Below are positions 25,324-35,646 of a stretch of 57,759 bases of DNA, in pieces. The position numbers and the translations under genes are program-made. Every line of letters starts with the position of its first letter. Position 1 is the stretch's first letter. The DNA is from an uncultured Oscillospiraceae bacterium (lineage in GTDB: Bacteria > Bacillota > Clostridia > Oscillospirales > Acutalibacteraceae), in assembly GCA_902478455.1 (NCBI GenBank), contig CABSLJ010000001.1, forward strand, positions 1 through 57,759, in the 5' to 3' direction. The notes under the pieces are model-generated. The model saw nothing but the letters and a program-made list of their open reading frames with translations. It did no database searches and was not told the DNA's origin.

Positions 25324-27133
25324 GGATCTGCGCTACACGCTCGGCGCGCTGCTTTCCTATATGGGCAGGCACAAGTTCCTGCTGCTGGCCGTCGCCGTGC
25401 TGGTGACCGTCAGCGCCCTGGCCAACCTGATCGGCACCTATATGATCCGGCCTGTGGTCAACAACTTGGCCTCCGGCAATGTGCATACCCTGGCCGCCGG
25501 GGTTCTGACGACCGCCGTCATCTATGGAATCGGCGCTCTCTGCTCCCTGGGTTACACCCAAACCATGGTGCGGGCGGCTCAGAAGGTCCTTTATGACATC
25601 CGCCGGGATCTGTTCGCCCATCTGCAGACCCTCCCGCTCAGATTCTTTGACGCCCAGCGCCACGGTGATGTGATGAGTTATTTTACCAACGATGTGGATA
25701 CCATCTCCGACGCGCTCAACAACAGTTTCGCCATGGTCATCCAGAGCTTTATCCAGATGGCGGGGACCCTCGTGATTCTGTTTGTCCTCAACTGGCAGCT
25801 TTCCCTGATCGCGGTGGCGTGCTACGCGGCCATGTTCTTCTACATCCGCTTCAGCGGCCGGCGCAGCAAGGTCTACTACACCCGCCAGCAGGCCAGCCTG
25901 GGGGACCTGGACGGCTACATCGAGGAGATGGTCGGCGGCCAGAAGATCGTCAAGGTGTTCAATCACGAGCAGGCGAATCTGGAGCGTTTCCGCCAGAAAA
26001 ACGAGGCCCTCCGCAAGGCCGGTACGGGGGCGCAGAGCTACGCCGCCACCATGGTTCCCGCCGTGGTGAGCATCTCCTATGTCAACTATGCCATTGTGGC
26101 CGTTTTAGGCGGCATCATGGCCCTGCGCGGTATGACCGACGTAGGCAGCCTCGCAAGCTATCTGGTGTTCGTCCGGCAGGCCGCCATGCCCATCAACCAG
26201 TTTACGCAGCAGAGCAATTTTCTGCTGGCCGCCCTGGCCGGCGCCGAGCGGGTCTTTGAAGTCATGGACCGCAGACCTGAGGTCGACGAGGGAAAGGTGG
26301 AGCTGGTCAACGTCAAAGAGCAGGACGGCGCGCTTCTCCCCTGCGGGGAAAAAACGGGCCGCTGGGCATGGCATAAGCCGGACGGGACGCTTATCCCGCT
26401 GCGCGGGGACGTGCGGTTTCAGGATGTGTGGTTCGGCTACGAAGCGGGCCATCCGATTTTGAAGGGCGTCAGCCTTTACGCCAAGCCCGGTCAGAAGATC
26501 GCCTTTGTGGGTTCCACAGGAGCGGGAAAGACCACCATCACCAACCTGATCAACCGCTTTTACGACGTCCAGGGCGGCAGCGTCGTCTACGACGGCATCG
26601 ATGTGCGGGACATCAAAAAGGATTCCCTGCGCCGCTCGCTGGGCATTGTGCTGCAGGACACCCACCTCTTCACCGGCACCATTGCCGACAACATCCGCTT
26701 CGGCAAGCTGGACGCCACCGACGAGGAGATCGAGCGGGCTGCCCGCATCGCCAATGCCGATTCCTTCATCCGGCGTCTGCCCCAGGGATACGACACCATG
26801 GTCACGGCCGACGGCGCCAATCTCTCCCAGGGGCAGCGGCAGCTGCTTGCCATTGCCCGTGCGGCGGTGGCCGACCCGCCGGTGCTCATTCTGGATGAGG
26901 CCACCTCTTCCATCGACACCCGCACCGAATCGCTCATCGAAAAAGGGATGGATCAGCTCATGGAGGGACGCACGGTGTTCGTCATCGCCCACCGGCTGAG
27001 CACGGTGCGCAACGCCAACGCCATCCTGGTGCTGGAGAATGGAGAGATCGTCGAGCGCGGCGACCACGAGGACCTGCTGCGCCAGAAGGGCAAGTATTAT
27101 CAGCTTTACAACGGCATGTTTGAACTGAGCTGA
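25289..27133 (+). CDS. ABC exporter, fused permease/ATPase (half-transporter B)
   Basis: 614 aa. Contains Walker A (GSTGAGKTT), the signature LSQGQRQL, and Walker B (VLILDEATS). It overlaps the upstream gene and is a likely heterodimer partner. Confidence 0.9.
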   Translation: MAARQLSAKKPKDLRYTLGALLSYMGRHKFLLLAVAVLVTVSALANLIGTYMIRPVVNNLASGNVHTLAAGVLTTAVIYGIGALCSLGYTQTMVRAAQKVLYDIRRDLFAHLQTLPLRFFDAQRHGDVMSYFTNDVDTISDALNNSFAMVIQSFIQMAGTLVILFVLNWQLSLIAVACYAAMFFYIRFSGRRSKVYYTRQQASLGDLDGYIEEMVGGQKIVKVFNHEQANLERFRQKNEALRKAGTGAQSYAATMVPAVVSISYVNYAIVAVLGGIMALRGMTDVGSLASYLVFVRQAAMPINQFTQQSNFLLAALAGAERVFEVMDRRPEVDEGKVELVNVKEQDGALLPCGEKTGRWAWHKPDGTLIPLRGDVRFQDVWFGYEAGHPILKGVSLYAKPGQKIAFVGSTGAGKTTITNLINRFYDVQGGSVVYDGIDVRDIKKDSLRRSLGIVLQDTHLFTGTIADNIRFGKLDATDEEIERAARIANADSFIRRLPQGYDTMVTADGANLSQGQRQLLAIARAAVADPPVLILDEATSSIDTRTESLIEKGMDQLMEGRTVFVIAHRLSTVRNANAILVLENGEIVERGDHEDLLRQKGKYYQLYNGMFELS

Positions 27134-27205
27134 CGATGCCGGGCGGTCAAGGCTTCCCAAGTCCTTCATGACCGTCTCAACCGTTTGAAATCTTCCCGCA
27201 AAAAA

Positions 27206-27268
27206 GAAAAAGCCCGCCGGCTTTCGGAAGCGCATTTCTTCCGAAGCCCGCGGGCTTGTTTCATTTGC
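27206..27268. terminator. bidirectional terminator between the ABC operon and ppiB
   Basis: AAAAAGCCCGC...CGGCTTTCGGAAG...CTTCCGAAGCC...GCGGGCTTGTTT forms a nested hairpin flanked by A and T tracts. Confidence 0.7.
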
Positions 27269-27353
27269 GGGGAAGCGTCCCAACAAAAGCGCCGGAAATT
27301 TCTGGAGAAACTTCGCCGGGGCGCTCAGTCGGGTGCTGCGCCGAGAATAAGAT

Positions 27354-27872
27354 TTACAGGGTAACGGGAGGCTCGTAGCTCTCACCGAAGGTTTCCACGG
27401 TCACCCTTTTCATCACTTCGTCGCGCAGCGGCTTGTCCTGAAAATTGCGCTTGACCGAGACCACGCGCTCGGCTTCCTCCATGCCCTCGATTACCTTGCC
27501 GAAGGAGGCGTACTGACCGTCGAGATGCGGGGCGTCCGCCACCATGATGAAGAATTGGGAGCCGGCGCTGTCCGGATGCCCGGAGCGGGCCATGGACAGC
27601 ACGCCCTTTTGATGCTTTAAGGGGTTGGCAAAGCCGTTGGCGGAAAATTCCCCCTGGATGCGGTAGCCCGGTCCACCGGTGCCGCGACCGTCCGGGTCGC
27701 CGCCCTGGATCATAAAGCCGGGGATGACGCGGTGGAAGATGAGCCCGTCATAAAAGCCCTTCTGAACCAGAGAGATAAAATTCCGCACGGTATTGGGCGC
27801 GATTTCGGGGTAAAGCTCCGCCTTGATGACGTTGCCGCTCTCCATTTCGATGGTGACAATCGGATTTTGCAT
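27354..27872 (-). CDS. ppiB: peptidyl-prolyl cis-trans isomerase, cyclophilin type
   Basis: Contains [15 protein letters not shown] and SAGSQFFI. The start is MQNPIV after GGAGGAAATCAC. Confidence 0.93.
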   Translation of the reverse strand: MQNPIVTIEMESGNVIKAELYPEIAPNTVRNFISLVQKGFYDGLIFHRVIPGFMIQGGDPDGRGTGGPGYRIQGEFSANGFANPLKHQKGVLSMARSGHPDSAGSQFFIMVADAPHLDGQYASFGKVIEGMEEAERVVSVKRNFQDKPLRDEVMKRVTVETFGESYEPPVTL

Positions 27873-27960
27873 GTGATTTCCTCCATTCATACGTTGTGCT
27901 GTTTATCATACACGATTTTGGCGTGGGCTTCAAGTACCGGCGCTTCTTTCGGCACCAGCC

Positions 27961-28308
27961 CTAATAGGTCAGAATCACAGCCATGAGTTCGACCGTCTCC
28001 TGCCCTTTGTTGGCGATGGAATGGCCCTCGCCGCCGAGGGTCACCGCCGCGTCTCCGGGCAGCAGCCTTTTCTCGGTTTCTCCGTCCATGAAGCTTGCCT
28101 TGCCCCGGAGAAGATAAAAGATTTCCTCCTCGCCCTCATGGATGTGCGCGCCGATGGAGCAGCCCGGCTGCAAAATGATTTTTGCAAACAGCCGCGCTTT
28201 TCCCTTGTATTCCCCTCCCTCCAGAATGTGTACCAGTTCGACGGTTCCGTCTCCGCCGCGCATGCGTTCCTTGAGTTCGTGACGCATCTGTTCCGCTTTT
28301 TTGACCAT
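27961..28308 (-). CDS. cupin-domain protein
   Basis: 115 aa. Contains cupin motifs GAHIHEGEEEIFYLLRG and GDAAVTLGGEGHSIAN. Confidence 0.8.
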   Translation of the reverse strand: MVKKAEQMRHELKERMRGGDGTVELVHILEGGEYKGKARLFAKIILQPGCSIGAHIHEGEEEIFYLLRGKASFMDGETEKRLLPGDAAVTLGGEGHSIANKGQETVELMAVILTY

Positions 28309-28511
28309 AAAAATGCCTCCAATTGCTTCTATTGCGCTAAAATAAAAGAAAATGCTGGGGATTTGTTTGTCAGTATTAATCTATCATGTTTCGCAAAAAA
28401 ATACAAATACTATTGTGCGCCATCTTTCAGAATGTTTTCCGAATTGTGGCGAATGCGCATGCGCTGCGGAAGCGCTCCGCAGCTTGTCAACAACCTATAG
28501 GAGTGAAACCA

Positions 28512-28781
28512 ATGAAAAAAGCGATCTCTGTTCTGGCCGTTCTCCTGCTGTCCGCCGCCCTTTTCACGGGCTGTGACAACGGCAACGGCAATGTCTCTTC
28601 CGCGCCTGGAGTGTCGGACATCATCCCGGACGTCTCTTCCATGATCCCGAGCGAGCCGATAGAAAGCCGTGTGGAATCGGGAGAGGTTTCCAGCCATGTG
28701 GATGACAAAACTTCCAGCGTCGTCTCTGGAGAGAATTCTCATGTTGCTTCGGGCGAAGAAAGCCCGGCCGCTTCCGAGTAG
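28512..28781 (+). CDS. small Ser-rich lipoprotein
   Basis: MKKAISVLAVLLLSAALFTGC is a signal peptide with a lipobox, followed by a low-complexity Ser/Val/Glu-rich tail. The RBS is TAGGAG. Confidence 0.6.
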   Translation: MKKAISVLAVLLLSAALFTGCDNGNGNVSSAPGVSDIIPDVSSMIPSEPIESRVESGEVSSHVDDKTSSVVSGENSHVASGEESPAASE

Positions 28782-28813
28782 CGGTTTTCTCGCTTTTTGC
28801 GTGGAGCAAAACC

Positions 28814-28856
28814 AAAAAACCGGGAAACGCCCTTGTGGAGCGTTTCCCGGTTTTTC
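28814..28856. terminator. bidirectional intrinsic terminator
   Basis: AAAAAA-CCGGGAAACGC-loop-GCGTTTCCCGG-TTTTT lies between convergent genes. Confidence 0.85.
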
Positions 28857-28869
28857 TGTAGGAATCCGG

Positions 28870-30219
28870 TTATTTTTCTGCGGGGGTTTCCTTGTCGTTG
28901 GGGGAGACCTCCACATCGTCCCCTTCAAAATTGGTGGACGCCGCCTTTTTCTCCGGCAGGCAGAGGTTGAGGATGATGCCGACAATAATACCCAGCCCGA
29001 TGCCGCTGAGCGAGAACGCGGTGCCGAAATTCACCACGGCGCCGCCGATGGAGAGCACCAGCATGACCGCGGCGATGGAGAGGTTACGGTTTTTGGAGAA
29101 GTCGACCTTGTTCTCCACCAGTGTGCGCAGGCCCACGGAGGAGATCATGCCGTAAAGCAGAATGCAAAGTCCGCCGAGCACCGGCTTCGGTATGGTTTCA
29201 ATCAGGGCGATAAACTTGCCGCAGAAGCTCATCAGAATGGCGACCACAGCGGCGATGCGCAGGGTAACCGGATTGTAGTTGCCCGTGGTGGCGAGCACGG
29301 CGGTGTTTTCCGAATAGGTGGTATTGGCGGGACCGCCCATAAAGCCGGCCGCCATGGTGGCGAGACCGTCGCCCAGCATGGTGCGGTGAAGGCCCGGGTC
29401 CTTGGTGAAGTTTTTGCCGACGACCGAGCCGTTGGCGTAGATGTCTCCCACATGCTCCACGGCGGAGACCAGGGCAATCGGCGTGATGAGCGCGATTGAA
29501 TGCAGGTCAAAGACGGGCGGGAAGCTGAATTTGGGAAGGCTGAACCACGGCGCGGTGGAGAAGACGTCCAGATTCATCAGCATCGGGTTGGCCACGCCGG
29601 TCAGCACCAGAATGAGGGAGAGCACGTAACCGGTCGCCAGCGCGATGATGATGCCCGAAAGCTTCAAAAGTCCCTTGGCGTAGGAGGTGATCACCACGGC
29701 GATGATCAGCACAACCGCCGCGATAATCCAGTGCATGCCCAGGTCAAAGTTGGTGACTGGCACGTTTGCGGCGTATTCGGAAAACTGGATGTTGCCGATG
29801 GCCGAGGTGGACAGGCACAGCCCGATGATGGCGATGCCCACGCCGCGCACAACGGGAGGGAAGAGACGGTCGATAAACCTCGGCCCGAAAAATTTGATCA
29901 GCAGGGCGACGACCAGATAGACGGCGCCGGCGCAGATGATGCCGCCCATCGCCTTGGGAATGGTGGAGCCGTACTGGGAAGCGTCCGTCCCGATGACGGC
30001 GACCAGGGCGGGAATGAAGGCGAAGGAGCTGCCCAGGAAAACGGGCACCTTGCCGCCGGTGCACAGGTGGAAAATGAGCGTGCCGATACCCGCGGCCAGC
30101 AGGGCCACCGCGGGATCAAGTCCCGTGAGAATGGGCACTAGGATGGTGGCGCAGAACATCGCAAACGCGTGCTGCACGCCCAAGAGGATCAGCTTGCCGA
30201 CCCCGTCTTTTTTCTGCAT
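28870..30219 (-). CDS. nucleobase:cation symporter-2 family permease (uracil/xanthine permease-like)
   Basis: 449 aa with about 13 TM segments. LGVQHAFAMFCATILVP matches the NCS2 signature region of UraA/PyrP. Confidence 0.85.
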   Translation of the reverse strand: MQKKDGVGKLILLGVQHAFAMFCATILVPILTGLDPAVALLAAGIGTLIFHLCTGGKVPVFLGSSFAFIPALVAVIGTDASQYGSTIPKAMGGIICAGAVYLVVALLIKFFGPRFIDRLFPPVVRGVGIAIIGLCLSTSAIGNIQFSEYAANVPVTNFDLGMHWIIAAVVLIIAVVITSYAKGLLKLSGIIIALATGYVLSLILVLTGVANPMLMNLDVFSTAPWFSLPKFSFPPVFDLHSIALITPIALVSAVEHVGDIYANGSVVGKNFTKDPGLHRTMLGDGLATMAAGFMGGPANTTYSENTAVLATTGNYNPVTLRIAAVVAILMSFCGKFIALIETIPKPVLGGLCILLYGMISSVGLRTLVENKVDFSKNRNLSIAAVMLVLSIGGAVVNFGTAFSLSGIGLGIIVGIILNLCLPEKKAASTNFEGDDVEVSPNDKETPAEK

Positions 30220-30389
30220 GATGAATCGTCCCCCGTTCTTTGTGTTAACTTTTCCTTTATAAATTTACAGGCATCGGGGGCGGAAGTCAAGCGATAGTTT
30301 AAAATTTGTTAACATTTGTCGGTTTTTATCCCTTTCACGGGCCGGACGCATGTGTTACAATAAAAGAAAAGGGCAAGGGGGGATTCGCG

Positions 30390-30992
30390 TTGGATTTTGA
30401 CGCCCTCACCGCCGGCATCGAGCCGGGCGGACTGCGCAGCAAAAATGAAATTCGCATTCTCATCTGTTATATGCTGACAAGCGTCGGCGCGAGCCTTTCC
30501 AAAGACGGCGTCATCGCCGTGCTGCAGGAAAACGGCTTTGCCAATTATTTTGAAACGGCGGACGCCATCTCCGACCTTCTGGAAAACGGCAACATCGCCC
30601 CGGACGAGGCGGACGCCTCCTCCTACCACATCACCGATTCGGGCCGTATGATCGCCCGTCAACTCGACGTTACCCTGCCGTTTTCGGTGCGTGAGCGGGC
30701 GCTCAGCGCCACGCTCAATCTGCTCGCCAGAATCAAACGGGAAGCGGAAAACCAGGTGCACATCAAAAAATGCGACCGCGGCTATCAGGTCGACTGCCAC
30801 ATTTCGGGCGGGGACATGGACCTGATGAGCTTTACCCTCTATGTGCCCGACCTGCTGCAGGCCAAGCTGGTGCGCTCCCGCTTTCAGGAAGACCCCGAAC
30901 GTGTCTACCGCTGCATGCTCGCCCTCGTCACCGGCAACGCCGATCTTGTCTCCGACGCGCTGCGCGCGCTTTCCGGCGAACAGGAGGACTGA
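30390..30992 (+). CDS. DUF4364-like protein
   Basis: Lies in ORF 30306..30992. NEIRILICYMLTSVGASLSKDGVIAVLQENGFANYFETADAISDLLENGNI resembles the DUF4364 N-terminal winged-helix-like region. The start is tentatively TTG 30390. Confidence 0.5.
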   Translation: MDFDALTAGIEPGGLRSKNEIRILICYMLTSVGASLSKDGVIAVLQENGFANYFETADAISDLLENGNIAPDEADASSYHITDSGRMIARQLDVTLPFSVRERALSATLNLLARIKREAENQVHIKKCDRGYQVDCHISGGDMDLMSFTLYVPDLLQAKLVRSRFQEDPERVYRCMLALVTGNADLVSDALRALSGEQED

Positions 30993-31192
30993 GTTCCGGC
31001 GGCTTGAGCGCATAACGGAGGAAGCATCGCCGCCTCCTGCGCGGCGAAGAACCCGTTCTCCCTCACCGGATGGACCGCGCGGTCTTGCGTCGGTATCCGG
31101 GATGAGGAGGCGTTCGGAATTGTCCGCAGCCGGGAAGATGCGCGGCTCTCAGCGCCGCTTTGTACCGTTGGCAGGCTTTTTCCATGAGAAAG

Positions 31193-31225
31193 GGGGACGC
31201 ATACATGCGTCCCCCTCGTATTTTA
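31193..31225. terminator. hairpin terminator between convergent genes
   Basis: GGGGGACGCAT-AC-ATGCGTCCCCC followed by a T-rich stretch. Confidence 0.6.
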
Positions 31226-31322
31226 CCGTTCCCAGTCTGTTCTTTGTTACAACAGGTTTTCAAACGGCTGGTTCTGTTTTTCTCCCACGTCCTATGGCCG
31301 ATGCACGTCCGTTCCCGTCCTT

Positions 31323-31583
31323 CTACAAAATCAGGTTTAAGAGAAGGAGCATTGTCACGCCCGGAATGCCCGCCACGGCGGAGACGCTCAGCGTCAGCAG
31401 GCTCAGCGGCAGCACAACTCCGGTGTACGCCCCCGTCAGATTGACCGCGATGAGGGCCAGAAGACCGTTGACCATCCCTCCAAGCGCCTTCTTGACCGGC
31501 TTTTGGGAGCGGACGATCACCTGGAGCAGCACCAGAAGTCCGAAAATTCCGACGGCGATCAATGCGATCAACCATCCAGGCAT
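31323..31583 (-). CDS. bofA: pro-sigma-K processing inhibitor BofA
   Basis: 86 aa with two TM segments. The KPVKKALGG...AVNL...GIPGV pattern matches B. subtilis BofA. It sits directly downstream of a yaaL-like gene, as in Bacillus. Confidence 0.8.
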   Translation of the reverse strand: MPGWLIALIAVGIFGLLVLLQVIVRSQKPVKKALGGMVNGLLALIAVNLTGAYTGVVLPLSLLTLSVSAVAGIPGVTMLLLLNLIL

Positions 31584-31586
31584 GCT

Positions 31587-31874
31587 TTAACACTCATCCC
31601 CCTTCACAGGAATCTTTGTACAAAAAGGTGAGGAGGAAAGCTCATGCTGCCGCGCCTTGCGCAAAAGACACCGGTAGCGGGCGTTGAGAGCCTCCCTTTC
31701 GTAGATGCAGGCTTCGATCATATCGCTGTCGCTTTCCATTTCAAACCACCGCTCCACGCAGGCGAGGCGGCGGCTGACGTCCTTGATCTCGTCGAGAATC
31801 TGCTGCCTTTGCGCTTTGTCCTGTTTTTCCGCTACGTTCTCGGCATGTCTGATCATTCTGAGAACACCTTCCAT
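31587..31874 (-). CDS. YaaL-like DUF2508 protein
   Basis: 95 aa. WFEMESDSDMIEACIYEREALNARYRCLLRKAR fits the DUF2508 pattern. The yaaL-bofA synteny supports the call. Confidence 0.65.
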   Translation of the reverse strand: MEGVLRMIRHAENVAEKQDKAQRQQILDEIKDVSRRLACVERWFEMESDSDMIEACIYEREALNARYRCLLRKARQHELSSSPFCTKIPVKGDEC

Positions 31875-32043
31875 TGAACCAATCCCACCTTTGTTTTATT
31901 TCTATGCCAATAGGTTGGGCAATTATACCATTCAATATACTGCATTCTGTAAATTTTGGAGGGCTTCCAGTCCCCGTCGTACAGAAAACCGCGCGGTTGG
32001 TTTAAAAGGGGGAAAGCGGCTGCCGCCGCGTGAAGGGAACGGG

Positions 32044-34143
32044 TCATTCGACCGGCTCAAAATCGACCGTCCCCTCGGCCACGCTGGCCGCGATGACGCG
32101 GACGCGCAGCGCTCCGCCGATGGCAAGCCGCCGTCCGCTGATTTCGTCGGTGTGGCAGGTCAGGCCGTCGAAACGGAAGCGGCAGCCGGGGAAGGCGTCG
32201 AGGCTCACGTATCCCTCAGCGCTGTTGGGAAGCTCCACAAAGAGGCCGCGGGCGGTCACGCCGCTGATGACGCCGTCGTATTCCTCGCCGATGTGCGCCG
32301 TCATATACTCGGCCATATAGCATTTTTCCGCCTCCCGCTCGGCCGTCAGGGCGCGCAGCTCGCAGATGGAGGATTCCGACGCGGCGCTGGCGGCGAATTC
32401 GGTGTATTTGCGCGTCAGCTTTTTGTCCGGCTCGCCCGCCACGGCGTCACTGAGAATGCGGTGGATGGCGGTGTCCGGATAGCGGCGGATGGGGGAGGTG
32501 AAGTGGCAGTAATCCTCGAGCGCCAGGCCGAAGTGGCCCAGCGGACGAAAATCGTAGCGGGCCTTGGCCATGGTGCGCAGAATCTGGTGGGAGATCACGC
32601 GCGCCGCCGGCGTATCCTTGGACTGCTCCAGCAGGCGGGCAAAATCGCCGGTGGAAGCCCCCTCGCGGATGCGGCTGTTGGCAAGCCCCAGCGCGCCGGC
32701 GAGCTCGCTCAGGGTGCGCACCCGCTCGGGGTCGGGCGCTTCGTGCACGCGGTAGACGAAGGGCAGCCCGCGCTCCCTGGCAAGTCTGGCGGCCGCCTGA
32801 TTGGCAAGGATCATGAGCTGCTCGATCATCTCCTCGGCCTCCCCCTGACTCCGGGCGGAAAGGCCGACGCAAACGCCGCGCTCGTCCAGCTCGAAGCGGG
32901 ATTCCCCGCTTTCGAGTTCCATGGTGCCGCGCCGCCCGGCGCAGTCCTTTAACACCTGCGCAAGCGCTCTCGCCGCCTTGAGGGAGGCGAGCACGGGCTT
33001 ATACTTTGTTTTCAGGGAGGCGTCGGCTGAGCCGTCGAAAATCCGGTTGACCTCGCTGTAAACGCCGCGCACCTTGGAGCGGATGACCGTCTTGCGGAAC
33101 GAACAGGAGAGCAGCTCTCCCTTTTTGGAAACGCGCAGGAGCGCCGAAAAGGCGAGCTTGTCCTCCCCCGGATGGAGGGAGCACAGCCCGTTGGAGAGCT
33201 CCTTGGGCAGCATGGGGACCACGCGGTCGGCAAAATAGACCGAGGTGCCCCGACGCTGCGCCTCGCGGTCGAGGGGGGAGTTGGCCCGGACGTAGTGGGA
33301 GACGTCGGCAATGTGCACGCCGAGCGTCCAGCCTTCCCTGGTTTTGGAGATGGAGACGGCGTCGTCGAGGTCCTTGGCGTCGGCTCCGTCGATGGTGAAG
33401 ATGAGCTCGTCGCGCAGATCGAGCCGGTTTTGGAGCTCTTCCGCGCGGATTCCTTTTTCGGCAAGGGTGCGTGCGCTCTCCAGGACCTCCGGCGGGAAGT
33501 CTACCGGAATGGCGTTGGCGTCGAGAATCGCGTCGGCGCACACTTTGGCGCTGCTCGCCTTGCCGTAGATGTGCAGCACCCGGGCGGTCAGGCCAGAGCG
33601 ATGGGGGCGGCTGGAGAGCACGGCCTGCACCTTGTCCCCGTTGCGCGCGCCGAGCATAGCGCCCCGCTCGATGGGAATGTTGAAGCGGAAGGCGCTGTCC
33701 GGAATCAGTTCACAGCCGCCCCGGAAACGGGAGATAGTGCCGGTCAGCGTCCGGCTGCCCTTGACAAGAATCCGTTCCACAGAGCCGTTGCGGCCCTTGT
33801 CTGTGTCATAAAGCTTATGAAGCATGACGGTATCCCCCAAAAGCGCTCCCTTGAGATGCTCGGTGGGGATGAAGATATCCGCGCCGCCGTCGGCCGGGCG
33901 GGCAAAGGCAAAGCCCTTGGATTGGGAGACGATTTTAGCAGGCGTCAGACCGGAAGAACGCGCTGAGAGCAGCTTGCCCTTTTTGGTGACGATCAGCTTG
34001 CCATCGGCCTCCAGACTGCGGAGCGTGGCAGTAAAGGCCGCCTGGTCTCTGGCGCCGATGCTTTTGTAAAGCGCGGCGGGCTCAACGGCGTCGGTTTGCT
34101 TTTCCATGGCGCGCGCAATCGCGCTTTTCATAGTTTCTTTCAT
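32044..34143 (-). CDS. rnr: ribonuclease R
   Basis: 699 aa. It has cold-shock/OB N-terminal domains, RNB catalytic motifs (IDGADAKDLDDAVS, HFGLA..YCHFTSPIRRYPD), and a C-terminal S1 domain. Confidence 0.93.
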   Translation of the reverse strand: MKETMKSAIARAMEKQTDAVEPAALYKSIGARDQAAFTATLRSLEADGKLIVTKKGKLLSARSSGLTPAKIVSQSKGFAFARPADGGADIFIPTEHLKGALLGDTVMLHKLYDTDKGRNGSVERILVKGSRTLTGTISRFRGGCELIPDSAFRFNIPIERGAMLGARNGDKVQAVLSSRPHRSGLTARVLHIYGKASSAKVCADAILDANAIPVDFPPEVLESARTLAEKGIRAEELQNRLDLRDELIFTIDGADAKDLDDAVSISKTREGWTLGVHIADVSHYVRANSPLDREAQRRGTSVYFADRVVPMLPKELSNGLCSLHPGEDKLAFSALLRVSKKGELLSCSFRKTVIRSKVRGVYSEVNRIFDGSADASLKTKYKPVLASLKAARALAQVLKDCAGRRGTMELESGESRFELDERGVCVGLSARSQGEAEEMIEQLMILANQAAARLARERGLPFVYRVHEAPDPERVRTLSELAGALGLANSRIREGASTGDFARLLEQSKDTPAARVISHQILRTMAKARYDFRPLGHFGLALEDYCHFTSPIRRYPDTAIHRILSDAVAGEPDKKLTRKYTEFAASAASESSICELRALTAEREAEKCYMAEYMTAHIGEEYDGVISGVTARGLFVELPNSAEGYVSLDAFPGCRFRFDGLTCHTDEISGRRLAIGGALRVRVIAASVAEGTVDFEPVE

Positions 34144-34337
34144 AGATTTCCTCCGCGCGCCGATTTTCGGCGCGATTCCTGTATGACTTTCTGTTTCTGC
34201 TTCTCACGGAGCTTCTTCTAAAATCCCGGCGCATTTTACGCCGAAGCATGGGCGCACAAGCGCGGCTGATTTTATTCTGCCACAATTGCGCATAGAAAAA
34301 CCCCGCGATACCGCGGGGTTTCAAGGATCGGTTATTC

Positions 34338-34598
34338 CTATTTGGCGGTGAAGAACACGATGATGTTCATCACAATATCAAGCACAAAAAAGCCGATGGC
34401 AATGAATTTGGTCCAGCGGGCCAGGAAAGCGTCAATGGAGCGGGCCTTGTTTTTAGCGAAGAAGGTGTCCGCGCCACCGGTGATGGCTCCCAGGTTTTGC
34501 TGGTGGCCTTCCTGCAGCAGGACGACGATGATAATGCCCACGCAAAAGATCGCGAATATAATTCCAAAAATAAACTCTGTGACACCCATTGTGTGCAC
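34338..34598 (-). CDS. secG: preprotein translocase subunit SecG
   Basis: 86 aa with two TM segments. LLQEGHQQNLGAITGGADTFF is the SecG signature region. It lies upstream of rnr, as in Bacillus. Confidence 0.85.
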   Translation of the reverse strand: MHTMGVTEFIFGIIFAIFCVGIIIVVLLQEGHQQNLGAITGGADTFFAKNKARSIDAFLARWTKFIAIGFFVLDIVMNIIVFFTAK

Positions 34599-34992
34599 CT
34601 CCGTAAGTTATCCACATGATACTAAACTAGAATATCATAAACCGACTGTATTTGCAAGCTATTTTTTCAGTTTTTCGCCGCTTTTTGAACCAGAATCTGC
34701 CATGTTTAAAGGAAATGCGGACGGGTATTCTATTATCAGGCTCCCTGAAACACGTTTTGAACCGTTTCGGATAGCCTGGCCGCCGCCTTCCCGCCCATTG
34801 GGCTACGGGAGGCGGTGGTTTCTTTTGTGATGCATTTTCCTTCCCGATACCATATCATTCCAGGAGTAAGCGGCGCCAGGCCGACCATACTACTACCAGG
34901 CTGTTTGAGACAACTATTTGCGTTTGCTGTTTCGAATTGCCTGGGCCATGTTCTCCGGGAAACCGGGGACATGGCTTTTTATTTGCCTGCGT

Positions 34993-35472
34993 TTAAACCG
35001 AGTCCTTCCGGACGGCGTCTCCCGCTTTCTTTTTTCCGATTCTGAAAATGAAGAATTTGCAGTAGGAAAAATCGAGGATAAAGTTTAACAGCATCTTTGT
35101 GATCTTGGCCAGGTATTCGTTCCAGCCGCTGTCGATCAAAAAGGAGATGAACTGCACCCCCAGCGGCGTGGCAACGGCGTAATACAGCCCGTACAGCGCC
35201 ATACCCAAATAGAGATTGCTGGCCGACTGGAAGGTGTACTTCCGGTTGAGGGTAAAGTTAAACAGGCACGAGAGCACCACCGAGGCCACCTCGGCGATCC
35301 ACAGCGTCTCCCTGGTGCAGAACAGGTTGATGACCGTAAAGGAAACGAATTCTATGATTCCCGCGCCCAGGCTGAAGCAGACAAATTTCAGAAACTGAAG
35401 CACTGCCGCCTTTGCGCCCCTGGAACCCGAAGAAACTTCTGCTTTTTCCGGCGAGGCGATTCGCTCGTTCAA
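34993..35472 (-). CDS. GtrA-family membrane protein
   Basis: 159 aa with four TM segments. Contains FLKFVCFSLGAGIIEFVSF and NRKYTF, typical of GtrA-like proteins. Confidence 0.75.
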   Translation of the reverse strand: MNERIASPEKAEVSSGSRGAKAAVLQFLKFVCFSLGAGIIEFVSFTVINLFCTRETLWIAEVASVVLSCLFNFTLNRKYTFQSASNLYLGMALYGLYYAVATPLGVQFISFLIDSGWNEYLAKITKMLLNFILDFSYCKFFIFRIGKKKAGDAVRKDSV

Positions 35473-35646
35473 TGGTTGACCCCCTTGCCCGCCCTAGGCA
35501 TGCCCTGAGGCGGCTTGCGTTTTTTTCAGTGTAGCACAGATCGACAAGTTTTTCCACCCTTAGTACGTGTTTGCACAGGTCCCGCCGGGCGACGCTTGTT
35601 CCAGTAAAGGGGAGGGGCCGTCCGAACGGCGCCCTCCCCCGGCAAA

